Positions 38,706 through 53,237 are shown, counted from the first letter of the stretch. The stretch: DNA of 64,000 bases from Trichechus inunguis (GCA_046562895.1 CM102154.1:28205733-28269732); one strand, 5' to 3'. Numbers and translations: made by a program. The notes: generated from the letters alone by a model not told the origin.

Positions 38706-40564
38706 CTGCAGCTGAGTTTTTCCCAAGTCATAACCCAATTTAAATAATGGAAAGCTAAGGCATTAACAAAAATAAGTCTGAGGACCATGACCAGTTTGGT
38801 TAGAAGCCTCTCCACTGATCCTATCAACGAGAAATGGGCAAATCACCCAAAATATTCAATAATGGAGGAACTGCTGCTGACCCAGCACTGTGACTGCTGC
38901 AGGGGCTGGAGACTTCACTTGGGTTTTAATTTTTAGACACAGCTTTTCCAGGCCAACTCCCTGAAGCTAGTGTCCTTCCACCAGTTAGGTTTCCCAGTTA
39001 AGAGCCCTTTGTAGACACTTCAAGAACTAGGGAATCTCCAAATACAAAATGGGGAGGGGGTTGTATCCCTACAGGGGAACAGGCCAATCTCCTGCTCTTT
39101 CTGCAGTTACTGGCACACAGATGTTCAAGCATTAACTCTGGGGTGGAGTAGGGTTCATTATTTGCCCTCTGGTTATACGTACATTCCAAAAAGTCCTTTT
39201 GTGACCTCTACTACCTTTACCAAAGCTGTATTTCATGTTCATTTTAATCTGATATCTGTATAAAAATGTGGGGACAGATGGAGAATTGGATACTGAAGGT
39301 CCTACAGGGATGGATGAATAGAATGGCTCATTTTTTTAGTAGTCTGGGCTCTCAGTGATGTTTTTGTTATAGGGCAAATACAGGGCCCATAGGGAATGTG
39401 GTTGGAATTGACTAGATGGCAACTAACAACAACAGAAACAGAGAATGTGGCTAGAAAACTAAATGTTAACCAATAAGAAGAATGCATTTTATGACAGGTA
39501 TGTTAGGCACTGGAGGAAAGGTGTGATGGAGTAATCCCTGAATATGTCCCTTTTAATCCGAGACTAACCTCTACCTACGCAGGTATGGGAAAGGGTTTAG
39601 AGGTTATGGGACATATACTGGCTCTCTAAGTGCTCTCACAATGAAACTGCCTTATAATAAATCCCTTTGGGACTTGAGTTCCAAGACTTCCTTGGCAGGA
39701 GCCATTGTTCATTCTGCAAATGGACTAATCACTTACTCCATACAGTGCTCTGGTTAGGGTACTTAGGGGAAATCTAAGATCTATAAATTCTGTCTCGCCC
39801 TCAGTGACACAACAGTCTAGTGGTAATCAGAAAATATATGCCCAGAAAACAAGGTGATTTGTGACATCAGCCATAAAAGGGCTACAAAAAAACCTTACCA
39901 GGTTGGAGGAGAGGATTACCTCTTCTGATCTTTGATTATGTATTCCTGTTTAATGAACAAACCCCAAACATAATGGCTTAAAACATTCTTTCTAATGATT
40001 CTGTGGGTTGACTGGGTAGTTCTTTAACTAGTCTCACTTGGGCTCATTCATGAGAGTGCAGTCAGAAGGTGACTGGAAACAACTGAATGGCCCAAGATGG
40101 CCTCACTGAATGGCCTAAGATGGCCTCCCTCTAGAGTTGTATGTGCTGATTTGGCTGGGCTTTTTTAGAGCATGGCAGTCCTTAGGGCAGTGGTCCAAGA
40201 GTGTGAAAGGAGATGCTGCAAGGCATCTTTAGGCCTGGTCTCCACCATTAGCACAACTTCATTTCTACCACATTCTACTAGTCATAGCAAGTCATAAGAC
40301 CTGCCCAGATTCAAGGTGTGCAGAAATAGACTTCATCTCTTGATGGTGGGAACTGTGAAATATTGTGGCCATGTTTTTCAACTCACTGCAAATGAATAGC
40401 ATTTCAGCAGTCAATACCTCTACAAATATTTATTAAATATTTTACTGTATGTGAAAGACACTCCTTAAGATGTCTTCTAAGAAAACTTAATCTGGATAGA
40501 GAGACATAATCATGTAAAAAATAGACATTACAAAATATCAACAGTAGTTATCTTTTAGTGCATT

Positions 40565-40582
40565 AAAAAATATCAATAGTAG
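40565..40582. repeat. Left target-site duplication of the 40.6-48.9 kb L1
   Basis: aaaaaatatcaatagtag recurs at 48893-48910 immediately after the L1 polyA tail. Confidence 0.7.
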
Positions 40583-43500
40583 GAGGAGTTCTGGCAAAAT
40601 GGCGCTCTAGGCAGAAGAACCACACTGTCCCTCCACAGCAAAGATCTGAAAAACTAAGCTGAACAGAGAATACAACAATCCTGAAACCCTAAAACATCAA
40701 ATGAAGAGATAAAGAACTCAGCCAAGCACCAAATGGAGTGAGAAAACTGACAGAGAATGGAGAGCGAGGAGAGATTCACGCAGAGGTCCCCTACCAGCTA
40801 ACACAGTGCGGATCTCCCATCTTGGACTCCTATTGGAGACCAGCAAACGGGGTACGAGTAAGCAGCCTCATGGAGCGTCCAGCAGGAGACAAAACAAGCA
40901 GTAATTTGCCATATACGCTTTCCCACCCCCACTCTTCTTCACCCCAACTCAGCCTTCTCTGCTTCCCGCGGCCACAATCTCTTGACCGGGAAACACCGGC
41001 TGCTTGGATTCCACACACTCGAACAGGCGGCTCTCTCAGTGCCATTTATTGGCTGCTGGTGTTGCTTTTTTCTGCTTCTTTTGATTTCTTCCTTGCCTCT
41101 TGCCACCTCCCCCTCCTTTCATTCAAGTACCTCACTCCGTGCACCATCTTTGCTTCTTCCTGAGGGGCTGGAGAGCTCCGCTAATTTGTGATATATGCTT
41201 TCCCACTCTCTACCCTTCTTCACCCACACTCGGCCCCCTCTGCTTCCTGCGGACACAGTCTCTTGTCCAGAAACACCAGCCATTTGTTGGCTGCTAGTGT
41301 CGCTTTTTTTTTCTGCTTCTTTGGGTTTTTTACTTGCCTCTCGCCACCTCCCCCTCCTTTTGCTCGAGTATCTGGCTCCGTGTGCCATCTTTGCTTCTTC
41401 CTGAGGGGCTGCAGAGCTCCGTTTGAGTGTGGAGCTGCTTCCTGGGCAGCCCAGAAAGCAGCTGGCGGGATCCTGGGGCTTTTGTTTGTTTGTTTGTTTT
41501 CAATTGTTTGTTTGTTTTCTTTACCTTTTCTTGAGTTGGGAGCCCTTTCTGGCCAGGCGGAGCTGCGTGGCAAGGAGACTCCCCCTCAGCTTCCACAGAC
41601 GTGCGGGGAGATCCCTGAGGACATTTCTTTTTTTGTTTTTCTGTTTTTTGGGGGGCCTTTCTTGTTCTTTTTTTTTTTTTAATTTGTTTTGTTTTCTTTT
41701 CCCTCGTTTTCCCTTTTTGTCTTTCTAAATTGCTCAGTTTATCGTCTCTCTATATCTTCCTTCTCTTTCTGTTCCTTGAATACCTGGCATTGTATACCTC
41801 TACGCCTTCTAGCCAGGCTGTACTGCAACACCTGAGAGCGACTTCCCCAGACCGCATAGCTGCATTGGTGGGATCCCTGGGAACTCTGCGGTTCTTTAAA
41901 CTTTCTGATTTTTATTTATTCATTCTTTTCTTTTCTTCCTTTTCCTCTTCCTGTTTTTTCTCCATTTCATAGTCTCTCATCTCTCCACTCCAATGGCAAG
42001 CTCCTCTAGCATTCTTTTTTGTTTGTTTGTATGTTTTTGGTTCCTGTTCCTCTCTCCTCTCTCCCATATCCATCTTAGCTTCACACATAACAATCTCCCT
42101 GCTGCATCCTGCCACCTGCACTGTGCGCTTGGCATCACACCACCAAGCAGCACAGGCATGGCCTACTGAAACCTGCCCTGAACTGATTACCAATCCACTC
42201 TGGTGGCTGTAGTAAGTGCCACAAACAACCTGACCCAGTAACTCCTCTTCAGCTAGACCTGCCCTGCCGTACCATATCTGAGTGACTGACCCTGCCAGTT
42301 GGAGAAGGAGGCGAAAAGTATTGTGCCCACAGATGAGCAAACAACAAAGAACACACAGTCCGCCTGCTCAGACATAGCCAAATTAAAAAAAAAAAAAAAA
42401 AGGGACGAAACAAACAACTCTACAATCAATAAACAAGAAAAATAACTACTGAATGCCCTGAAGACAGCAGACAATATCAAAACATTTACAAAAACAGGAA
42501 AGGATGGTTCCAGTAGGCATACAAAATAAAACACCAGATGACTTTCCTGTGGAAGAAAATGCACTAGAACTACCTGATAGGGATTTCAAATCTCTAATAC
42601 TCAGAATTCTCCAAGAACTGTGGCAAAAATCTGACAAACATGAGGAAAAAATAGACAAATTCATGGAAAATACAGACAAACAATTGGAAGAATTCAGGAA
42701 AATAATGCAGGAATAAAATGCCAAAAGAAATTCACATCTGGAAATTATACAAAGACAACAATTAGAAATACAAAAGATAAAAAACAAGATTTCAGAAATG
42801 GATGGGGTCTTAGAAGGGCTGAGAAGCAGATTTGAAACGGTGGAAGACAGGATCAGTGGAATTGAAGACAAACACTTGGATACAACACTTTCAGGAAAAT
42901 TCAGAAAAAAAGAACAAAGAAAAATGAAGAGACCCTGAGAGTTATGTGGGACACAATCAAAAGCAAAAATTTGCAAGTGATTGGAATTCCAGAACAAGGG
43001 GAGAAAACAGAAAACACAGAGAGGATCATTGAGGAACTGCTGACAGAAAACTACCCCAATATCATGAAAGATGAAAAGCTGGCCATCCAAGAAGCTCAAC
43101 AAACCCCATATAGAAGAGACCCCAAAAGAAAATCACCAAGGCATATCATATTCACACTCACCAAAACCACAGACAAAGAATCCTGAGAGCAGCTCGTGAA
43201 AAACAAGAAGTCACATACAGAGAAGAAACAATAAGACTAAGCTCAGATTATTTTGCAGAAACCATGCAGGCAAGAAGGCAATGGGATGACATATATAAAA
43301 TCTTGAAAGAAAAAAAAAAATCCCAGCCAAGAATAATATATCCTGCAAAACTCTTGTTCAAATTTGGTGGTGAAATTAGGTCATTTCCAGATAAACAGAA
43401 ATTAAGGGAATATGTAAAAGTCAAACCAAACTTACAAGAATTATTAAAGGGAGTTCTTCAATCTGACGACAAACAGCTTCAGCTCACAGGCAGAACCTAG

Positions 43501-46500
43501 GATGCAGGATCGTACCAGCCAGATACCAATCTAGGAAATGAACTTTCAAGGAATATCCAAAACCAAAAGAAATACAACAGGGAATCAGAGCAGTTAATCA
43601 GTAAATGACAACAACATCAAAACAAAAGAGGGAATAAACGGCATAGGTATAGAACTTCTAATGGAGAGGAAGTCAAGGCGATACCAAGTAATAATAGACT
43701 GCTTCAAACTTAGAAAGATAAGGGTAAATTTCATGGTAACCACAAAGAAAGTTAACAAACATACTCATAAAAAAAGAGGAAAAACATAGTCTCAGCAAAA
43801 ACAAAACCTACAAAAATAAAAGAAATAAAAAAATCCACAGACAAAAGTAACTCAGCACAAGAGAGTAAGAAGAACAAAGAAAACTTCAGCACCACAAAAA
43901 AAAAAAAAAAAAAAACACTACAAAATGACAGCAACAAACTCAAATCTATCAATAATTACACTGAATGTAAATGGACTCAATGCACCCATAAAGAGAAGGA
44001 GAGTGACAGAATGGATAAGAAAACAGGATCCATCAATATGCTGTCTACAAGAGACACACCTTAGAAACAAAGATGTGAATTTATTAAAAGTCAAAGGTTG
44101 GAAAAAAATATATCAAGCTAACAACTACCAAAAAAGAGCAGGAGTGTCAATTCTAATCTCAGATAAAACAGACTTTAAAACAAAATACATCATAAAAGAC
44201 AAAGAAGGACACTATATAATGATTAAGGGGATGATCCATCATGAAGACATAACCATAATAAAGATCTACGCACCCAATGACAGGGCTCCAAAATACATAA
44301 AACAAATTCTAACAATGCTGAAAAGAGAAACTGACAGTTCCACAATAATAGTAGGAGACTTCAACACACCACTCTCAGTAAAGGACAGAACAACTAAGAA
44401 GAAACTCAGCAAAGATACAGAAGACCTAAAGGGCACAATCAGCCAACTTGACCTCATAGACATATATAGAACACTCCATCCAACAGCTGCAAAGTACACA
44501 TTTTTTTCCAATGCACATGGAACATTCTCCAGAATAGACCACATCTTAGACGACAGAGCAATCCTTAAAAAGATCCAAAACGTTGAGATAATACAAAGTG
44601 TCTTTGATGACCACAATGCCATCAAGGTAGAAATTAACACTAGAAAGAGCAAGGAAAAAAAATCAATTACATGGAAACTGAATAATAACCTGCTTACACA
44701 TCAGTGGGTAATAGAAGAAATCAGAGATGGAATCAAAAAATTCCTAGAATCAAATGAGAATGAAAACACATCATACCAAAACCTTTGGAACACAGCAAAG
44801 GCAGTCCTCAGAGGACAATTTATAGCAATAGATGCACATATCAAAAAAGAAGAAAGGGACAAAACCAGAAGATTAACTACAGAACTCAAACAAATCAAAA
44901 GAGAACAGCAAAAAAAGCCCACAACCACCAGAAGAAAGGAAATAGTAAAGATCAGAGCAGAAATAAATGAAATAGAGAACAGAAAAACAATGGAAACAAT
45001 CAACAAAACCAAAAGTGGTTCTTTGAAAGACTCAACAAAATCGACAAACCACTGGCCAGACTGACAAAAGAAAACCAGGAGAGGACACAAATAACCCAAA
45101 TAAGAAATGAAATGGGGGACATTACAACAGACCCAACTGAAATAAAAAGGATTATAACAGAATATTATGAAAAACTATACTCCAACAAATTTGAAAACCT
45201 AGAGGAAATGAATAAATTTATAGAAACACACGACCTACCCAAACTGCAACAAAGTGATGTTGAAACTCTGAACAGACCCATAACAAGAGAAGAGATTGAA
45301 AAGGTAATAAAAAAAATTGCAACCAAAAAAAGCCTTGGCCCAGATGGCTTCACTGGAGAATTCTACAAAACATTTACAGAAGAGCTTGTACCAGTACTAC
45401 TCAAGCTATTTCAGAGCATAGAAGAGGAAGCAACACTTCTAAATTCATTCTATGAAGCCAGCATAACGCTGATACCAAAACCGGGCAAAGACGTCACAAA
45501 AAAAGAAAATTACAGACCAATATCTCTCATGAATATAGATGCAAAAATTCTCAAAAAAATTCTAGCCAATAGAATTCAGCATCATATCAAAAAAATAATA
45601 CACCACGACCAAGTAGGATTCATACCAGGTATGCAAGGATGGTTCAACATTAGAAAATCAATCAACGTAATCCACCACATAAATAAAAGGAAAGAAAAGA
45701 ATCACATGATCATCTCAATTGACACAGAAAAGGCATTTGACAAAGTCCAACACCCATTCCTGATAAAAACTCTCAATAAAATAGGTATAGAAGGGAAATT
45801 TCTCAACATAATAAAGGGCATCTATGCAAAACCAACGGCCAACATCATTCTTAATGGAGAGAGGCTGAAAACATTCCCCTTGAAAACAGGAACAAGACAA
45901 GGATGCCCTTTATCACTACTCCTATTTAACATTGTGCTGGAAGTTCTAGCTAGAGCAATAGGGCAAGAAAAAGAAATAAAGGGCATCCAAACTGGTAATG
46001 AAGAAGTTAAACTGTCCCTGTTTGCAGATGATATGATACTATACACAGAAAACCCTAAAGACTCCACGAGAAATCTACTGGAACTGATAGAAAGATTCAG
46101 CAGAGTAGCAGGATACAAGATAAACATTCAAAAATCAGTTGGATTCCTATACATCAATAAGGAGAACGATGAAAAGGAAATCAGGAAAACAATACCATTT
46201 TCAATAGCCCCTAAAAAGATAAAATACTTAGGAATAAATCTGACCAGGGATGTAAAAGACCTATACAAAGAAAACTACAAAACACTACTGCATGAAACCC
46301 AAAGGGATCTACATAAATGGAAAAACATACCATGCTCATGCATAGGCAGACTCAACATTGTGAAAATGACAATTCTACCCAAAGCAATTTACAAATACAA
46401 CGCAATCCCGATCCAAATACCAACAACATTCTTCAAAGACATGGAAAAACTAATCATTAACTTTATATGGAAAGGGAAGAAGCCCCAAATAAGTAAAGCA

Positions 46501-48892
46501 CTACTGAAGAAGAGGAATAAAGCTGGAGGACTCACACTACCTGACTTCAGAACCTCCTATACAGCCACAGTAGTCCAAACAGCCTGGTACTGGTACAACG
46601 ACAGATACATTGACCAATGGAACAGAATTGAGAACCCAGATGCAAATCCATCCACCTACAGTCACCTGATCTGCGACAAGGGCCCAAAGTCCATCAAATG
46701 GGGAAAAGACAGTCTTTTTAACAAATGGTGCTGGCAAAACTGGATATCCATCTGCAAAAAAATGAAACAGGACCCGTACCTCACACCGTATACAAAACCT
46801 ACCTCAAAATGGATCAAAGACCTGAATATAAAGCCTAATACTATAACGTTCGTAGAATTAAAAATAGGACCAACACTTCAGGCCTTAATACATGGCATTA
46901 ACAGGATACAAACCATAACCATCAACGCACAAACCCCAATAGATAAGCTAGATAACTGGGATCTTCTAAAAATCAAACACCTATGCTCTTCGAAAGACTT
47001 CACCAAAAGAGTAAAAAGAGAACCTACAGACTGGGAAAAAATTTTTGGACAGTACAAGTCAGACAAAGGTCTAATCTCCAAAATCTACAAGAAAATCCAA
47101 CACCTCTACAACAAAAAGACAAATAATCCTAAAAAAATGGGCAAAGGAAATGAACAGACACTTCACCAGAGAAGACATTCAAATGGCCAAAAGACACTTG
47201 AGGAAATGCTCGCGATCACTAGCCATTAGAGAAATGCAAATTAAAACCACAATGAGATACCATCTCACCCCGGCATTACTGGCACGAATCAGAAACACTG
47301 GAAATAACAAATGTTGGAGGGGCTGCGGGGAGATCGGAACTCTTATGCATTGCTGGTGGGAATGAAAAATGATACAACCATTTTGGAAAATGATATGGTG
47401 CTTCCTCAGAAAGCTAGAAATAGACATACCATTCGATCCAGCAATCCCACTCTGAGGAATATATCCTAGAGAAATAAGAGTCGTCACTCGAATAGACATA
47501 TGCACACCTATGTTCATGGCAGCATTGTTCACAATAGCAAAACGATGGCAACAACCTAGATGCCCATCAACAGATGAATGGATAAACAAACTATGGTACA
47601 TACACACAATGGAGTACTATTCAACGAGAAAGAACAACGATGAATCTGTGAACCATCTCATAACACGGATGAAACTGGAGGACATTATGCTGAGTGAAAT
47701 AAGTCAATCACAAAAGGACAAATATTGTATGAGACCTGTATTGTAAAAACCCATGAAAAAGTTACACATAAAATGTAACAATCTTTGTTGGTTACCAGGG
47801 ATGGGAGTGGTGGTGGGGTATCTTGGGTGAAGGGTGAGACAGTACACAATACAGGGGAAACTAGCTCAACTTGTACAAGGAAAGGTCATGGAAGCCCCAG
47901 ACACATCCAAACTCCCTGTGGGACTGAATTGCTGGGTGGAGGGCTGTGGGGACCATGTTCTCGGGGAACATCTAGCTCAATTGGCATGACACAGTTTATA
48001 AAGACAATGCTCTACATTCTACCTTGGTGAGTAGTGTCTGGGGTCTTAAAAGCCTGTGAGCGGCCATCTAAGATACTCCACTGGTCTCATCTCTTCGGGA
48101 GCAAGGGAGAATGAAGAGAACAGGACACAAGGAAAAGATTAGTCTGAAGGACTAATTGTCCACAGCTACCAAGGCCTCCACTGGACTGAGTCCAGTACAG
48201 CTAGATGGTGCCCGGCTACCACCACTGACTGCTCTGACCAGGATCACAACAGAGGGTTCTGGACAGAGCTGGAGAAGGATGTAGAGCATAATTCTAACTC
48301 AGAAAAAAAAAAAAAAAAAAGACCAGATTTACTGGTCTAAAGGAGACTGGAGAAACCCCGAGAGTATGGCCCCAGACACCCTTTTAGCTCAGTGGTGAAG
48401 TTACCTCCGAGGTTCACGGTTCAGCCTGGGAGTGGACAGCCCCGTAAAACCAAATGAGACTAACGAGGTACAGGAGTCCAGTGACAAGGCCAGAAAGCAG
48501 AAGGGAACAAGGAAGCTGGTGATAGGGAACCCAAGGCTGAGTAAGGATATTGTTGATGTGTTGTGAGATTGTTAACCATTGTCATAGGGCAACATTTGTA
48601 GTAACTGTTAAATGAGAAACTATTTTGTTCTGTAAGCCTTCGTCTTAAGTGAGAATAACAGCACAATTGTAAGAGCATAGTCAATGTCACTGAACTGTAC
48701 ATGTAGAAATTTTTGAAATGGTGTATCTTTGGCTATGTGTATTTTCACCAAAAAAAAAGGTCGAGAAGTTAGAGGGTTGATATGTTGTGGGGTCGTTAAC
48801 CAGTGTAATAAAACAACATGTGTACTACTGTTTCCTGAGAAACTATTTGTTTTGTAAGCCTTCACCTGAAGAACAATAAAAAAAAATTTAAA
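40583..48892 (+). mobile_element. Full-length LINE-1 (about 8.3 kb) with TSDs: monomeric 5'UTR, ORF1 (disrupted), ORF2 (one frameshift plus C-terminal damage), long 3'UTR
   Basis: The 5'UTR has two tandem monomers of about 250 bp (40895-41165 and 41165-41410). ORF1 pieces lie at 42504-43500 (RRM/CTD motifs IIEELL..NYPNIMKD, YPAKL). ORF2 endonuclease is at 43925-45064 ([27 protein letters not shown]). RT is at 45112-47229 (705 aa, [19 protein letters not shown]). C-terminal pieces lie at 47150-47746. Confidence 0.9.
43925..47229 (+). CDS. L1 ORF2p (endonuclease plus reverse transcriptase), split into 379-aa and 705-aa ORFs by a frameshift near 45064-45112
   Basis: Six-frame ORFs 43925-45064 and 45112-47229 carry canonical APE-like endonuclease and RT motifs. 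Confidence 0.85.
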
Positions 48893-48910
48893 AAAAAATA
48901 TCAATAGTAG
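48893..48910. repeat. Right target-site duplication of the L1
   Basis: aaaaaaaatatcaatagtag matches 40565-40582. Confidence 0.7.
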
Positions 48911-49174
48911 AAATTCAGTATACAGCACATGCTTCATAACAAATGAATTAAGCAGTGTAAAACAAGTTCGAGGAAAGAAGAGGTCACCTCTAGCTAGAGT
49001 AGCTAGGGAAGACATTTTAAATGTAAGAAAAGATTATTATATATTATATATATGTTATCTATACAGTATATATTATATTATTGTGCATAAATGACTTAGA
49101 ATTGAGCTCTGTCTGATTTCAATAGGCAGAGAAAGGCAGAAAGTAATAATACATAATATTTTATCTTCTCACAG

Positions 49175-51167
49175 TGTGTTAGTCATCTAGTGCTACTCTA
49201 ACAGGTAACTCATTTACTCTAACAAGTAAATGGCTTTACAAGGAGAAGTTTATTGTCTCACTGTCCAAATTCAGGGCATCAGCTCCAGGGGAATACTTTC
49301 TCTGTCGGCTCTGGAGGAAAGTCTGTGTCATCAATCTTCCCTTGGTCTGGGAGCTTCTCTGCACAGGAACCTCAGGTCAAAGGACACGCTCTGCTCCCGG
49401 CACTGTTCTTTTGGTGATATGAGGTTCCCAATTCTCTGCTTCCCTTTCCTTTTCCCTCTTGTAAGGTAAAAGGTGGTGCAGGCCGCACCCTAGGCAAACT
49501 CCCTTCACATTGGATCAGGGATGTGACCTGGGTAAGGGTGGTGTTACAATCCCACCCTAATCCTCTTTAAGATAAAATTATAATCACAAAATGGACGCCA
49601 ACTACGCAATTCTGGGAATCATGGCCCAGCCAAATTGATACACATATTTTTTGGGGGACATAATTCAAACCATGACATTCCACCCTTTGGCCCCAAAAAA
49701 TCAAATCCTTGCAACATGGAGAACATATTCTCCCCATCATATCATAGCAAAAGTCTTAACTCCAAGTCCAAAATCCAAAAATGCCTCTTCATCTGTGAAA
49801 TCTAGAATACAAGTTATCTGTTTCCAAAGGTACAATGGCAGAATGGGCATAAGCTAAACATTTCCATTACAAATGGGAGAAACTGGAGGGAAAGAAGGGG
49901 TAACAGGCACCAAGCAAGTCAGCAGAACACATTACATTAGCCCTCCAGGCTTTGAAAATAAACCTCTGTTCTCTGAGACAGTTTACACAATGGCCCTGCC
50001 CTCCAGGATCTAGGTATTGCCCACAGTCTCCAGATTCTGAGTGGAAGCCCCTCGGCCCTGGGGCCCACTGGGACAGCAACTCTGCTCCGTTGGCTTTAGG
50101 TGCACTATTCTCCCATTCCATCTGAGTGGCGACTCCACCCTTAGAAGCACCAGAGGCCATGGCTCCACCCCTTGAAACCCCAGAGGTCATGGCCATACCT
50201 TTTGAGACTGAGGCAGCTTGGCTTCTTGTGTTCCTTGTATCTTCAGCTTCTGCTCTGTTTCCTGTGGCCTCTCAGCCCTCGGGCCTCAATGCCTGCATCT
50301 GCCCTGCTGAGGCAAGTGTTCCAAAGCTCTGTAGCTACACTGGTAAGTGCCTGGAGGCACCCCACTCTGCCAGGAAGCCCCCTGCACAGAGGCACTCAGC
50401 TCCCTTACTCCGTGGGTCTGCAAGCCTAGCTCCACAGATAAGTGCCCAGAGGCACACCACTCCACCAGGAAGCCTGCTGTGCACAGGCACTCAGCTCTCT
50501 CACTCCGTGGGTCAGCTCCAGCACCATGAAGTGCTGGTCTCCTGGTTCTGCTGCTGTTGGTTCTCTACCGCTGCCGCTTCTCTATCCATTCACAGTTTCA
50601 AAACTGCTTTCACATTTTAGGTATCTGTTAGAGCGGCACCCCACTCCTGGTACCAAATTCTGTCTTAGTCATCTAGTGCTACTTTAACAGGAATACCACA
50701 AGTGGATGGCTTTACAAAGAGAAGTTTATTCTCTCACAGTAGGCTACAAGTCCAAATTCAGGGCTTCAGCTCCAGGGGAATACCTTCTCTGTCGGCTCTG
50801 GAGGAAGGTCCGTGTCATCAATTTTCCCGTGGTCTGGGAGCTTCTCTGCACAGGAACCTCAGGTCAAAGGACACGCTCTGCTCCCGGCACTGTTCTCTTG
50901 AGGTATGAGGTTCCCAATTCTCTGTTTGCTTCCCTTTCCTTTTACCTCTTGTAAGGTAAAAGGTGGTGCAGGCCACACCCTAGGGAAACTCCCTTTACAT
51001 TGGATCAGGGATGTGACCTGGGTAAGGGTGGTGTTACAATCCCACCCTAATCCTCTTTAAGATAAAATTACAATCACAAAATGGAGGCCAACTACACAAT
51101 TCTGGGAATCATGGCCCTGCCAAATTGATACACATATTTTTGGGGGGACATAATTCAAACCATGACA
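49175..51167 (-). mobile_element. Complete MaLR (MLT1-like) LTR retroelement: LTR (49175-49677), internal region (49678-50660), LTR (50661-51167), flanked by a 5-bp TSD CACAG
   Basis: Two direct repeats of about 505 bp, more than 90% identical. On the minus strand they read TGtcatggtttgaattatgtcccccaaaaaatatgtgtatcaatttgg...ctaaCA (MLT1/MST-like). CACAG occurs at 49170-49174 and 51168-51172. The internal region has no ORF and contains an internal duplication of about 100 bp (50300-50520). Confidence 0.7.
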
Positions 51168-52750
51168 CACAGTTAATAAAGTGCTTTCATATACATAATC
51201 TCTTGATTTCTAAACCCACTGTGAGGTGGACAGGGAAGGCAGGACTATATTTTATAGATGTGGTACTGGAGGCCCTATGAGCTAGAGTTGCTTAAGCTAA
51301 GCAAGAGATTGTAACAGGACTAAAAGTCAGGCCTTCTGATGTAGGGTTTAGTGATTTTATACCCACGTGATCTGCTCAGCAGACTGACAAGGGCAGAAGC
51401 ACAGAGCGGGCAAAGTGCAAGGTGTTTGGAATGAAGTCCTGTTTATGCTCAATGCCTGGCACATAGAAGTTGCTTGATAAATGGCTATTATATGATTAAT
51501 TAACTAACTTAAGCTCCCACCTTGAGGTGAATTTGCTGCAGTCCCAGGTGGGGTGGATAGTCAACTGGGGCACTCCAGTGTGGTTGGCATTTGTTGTTTA
51601 AGGCTGACATTAGTTCTGACTGGTTGACGCCTAAACTATATACACAAGTAAATATTTTCAGTATTACCCTTGGTACTAGGTATCTTAAATTTTGCCTTGG
51701 GTTTTACTAATGGGATGGGGTCTTCCCTCCAGCAAAAATATGGATTCATTTTTTTCTTCAAACTTCATACAACCAGTAACTAGTATGCTGTGTGGATGGG
51801 CAGAGAATGGGAATGGGGTGGGAAACAGATCTACCTATCTTCTGTGGCCCACAGTGTCCTAGTTTGATTTCTCTTTTCCCTTATATTCCACTTACCTATT
51901 TCTTCTTTCCTTTTTACCAAGGTGGGACTTTACCATTATCTGGTAATGCGTAGAGTGAGATAACCAACATGAGGGGTAGTACAGTGGGGGTTAGGTGGGG
52001 GGAAGGAGGGTGGGATGGCTAGTGTGTGGTCTCATTTTAAGGGATTAGTTTATGTTATTACATTGAGCCTTTGCTCCCTTGGCTTCAGTACTTTGTGTTC
52101 CAGGCCGTTCTGTGCCCCTGTTCTTTGCCCTTTCCTTTGGGGTGTAGCCTGTCTGGGTGTGGTCTCCTGGAGTGAAGGTCTTTGAAATTGAGAATGTTAG
52201 GCCAGTCACTTATCTTCAATATGTTCTTCCTGTCACTGGATGAAGCACAGATAGGACTCTCACTATCATAAAAGAGAAGTGAAAGTGATACCTTTAACAG
52301 GGACAAAAAAAGAAAGAAAAACAACTAAAATAAATTTCAATGCCAGGAATGGGAGGAAATGGAAGGTCAAAGATTATTGGCAGTGGAGGTGGGTATTTAA
52401 TGAGGAGAACATCAATCTTGTGGTCTAGGGAGAATGAGATCTCAGTTGAGAGGGCAGGAATAGAATAGGCTCCACACTTGAAAAATGCTGAGAGGCCAGC
52501 TTGCTTCTATAAATGTTGACAATGGAAGTCACTATCTGGGGACATCTCCCCAGCTCCACATGACAATAAATACTAAGAGACTTAGTACCTGTCCCAGCCC
52601 CTCGTTTTGAAGTTTTCTTGCCCTTGAGGGTGGAGAATGGGTGTGTGCCTGGACATAAGAAGTCCTCCAAAGAGAGAAGAAAGGGTGGTAAGGCAGTAAT
52701 GAGCTATAATCAAGGTAAAGTAGGAGATTATTTGGTTCCTGGGTAGAATG

Positions 52751-52920
52751 AGGAAACCCTGGTGGCACAGTGGTTAAGAGCTATGGCTGCTAACCAAAAG
52801 TTGGTGGTTTGAATCCAAAAGGCACTCCTTGGAAACTCTATGGGGCAGTTCTACTCTATCCTATAGGGTCGCTATAGTCGACTATGAGTCAGAATTGACT
52901 CGATGGCAATGGGTTTTGGG
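52751..52920 (+). mobile_element. AfroSINE
   Basis: gaaaccctggtggcacagtggttaagagctatggctgctaaccaaaag...tcgactatgagtcagaattgactcgatggcaatgggttttgg. Confidence 0.85.
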
Positions 52921-53030
52921 GTACAATGATGAACATAACCTAAAAGTAAAAAGTAAAACACAGTCCCAGCTTCTTTTATGTGGATATAGGTGCAGCACTG
53001 ACTAGAAAAGATTACAACAGTGCTGTGCAA

Positions 53031-53237
53031 TAGAGGAGTCCCTGGGTAGTGCAACAGTTAACACACTCAACAGCTAACTGAAAGTTTGGAGGTTCAAGTC
53101 CACCCAGAGCCTCCTTGGAAGAAAGGCCTGGCGATCTACTTCTGAAAAAACAGCCATTGAAAACCCTATGAAGCACAGTTCTACTCTGACACACATGGGA
53201 TCAATATGAGTCAGAACTGACTTGACAGCCACTGGTG
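53031..53237 (+). mobile_element. AfroSINE variant
   Basis: ggagtccctgggtagtgcaacagttaacacactcaacagctaactgaaagtttggaggttcaagtccaccc... Confidence 0.7.

Noticed and set aside
45112-47229. 705-aa ORF, the longest in the window
   Set aside because: It is not a host gene; it is the L1 ORF2 reverse-transcriptase domain.
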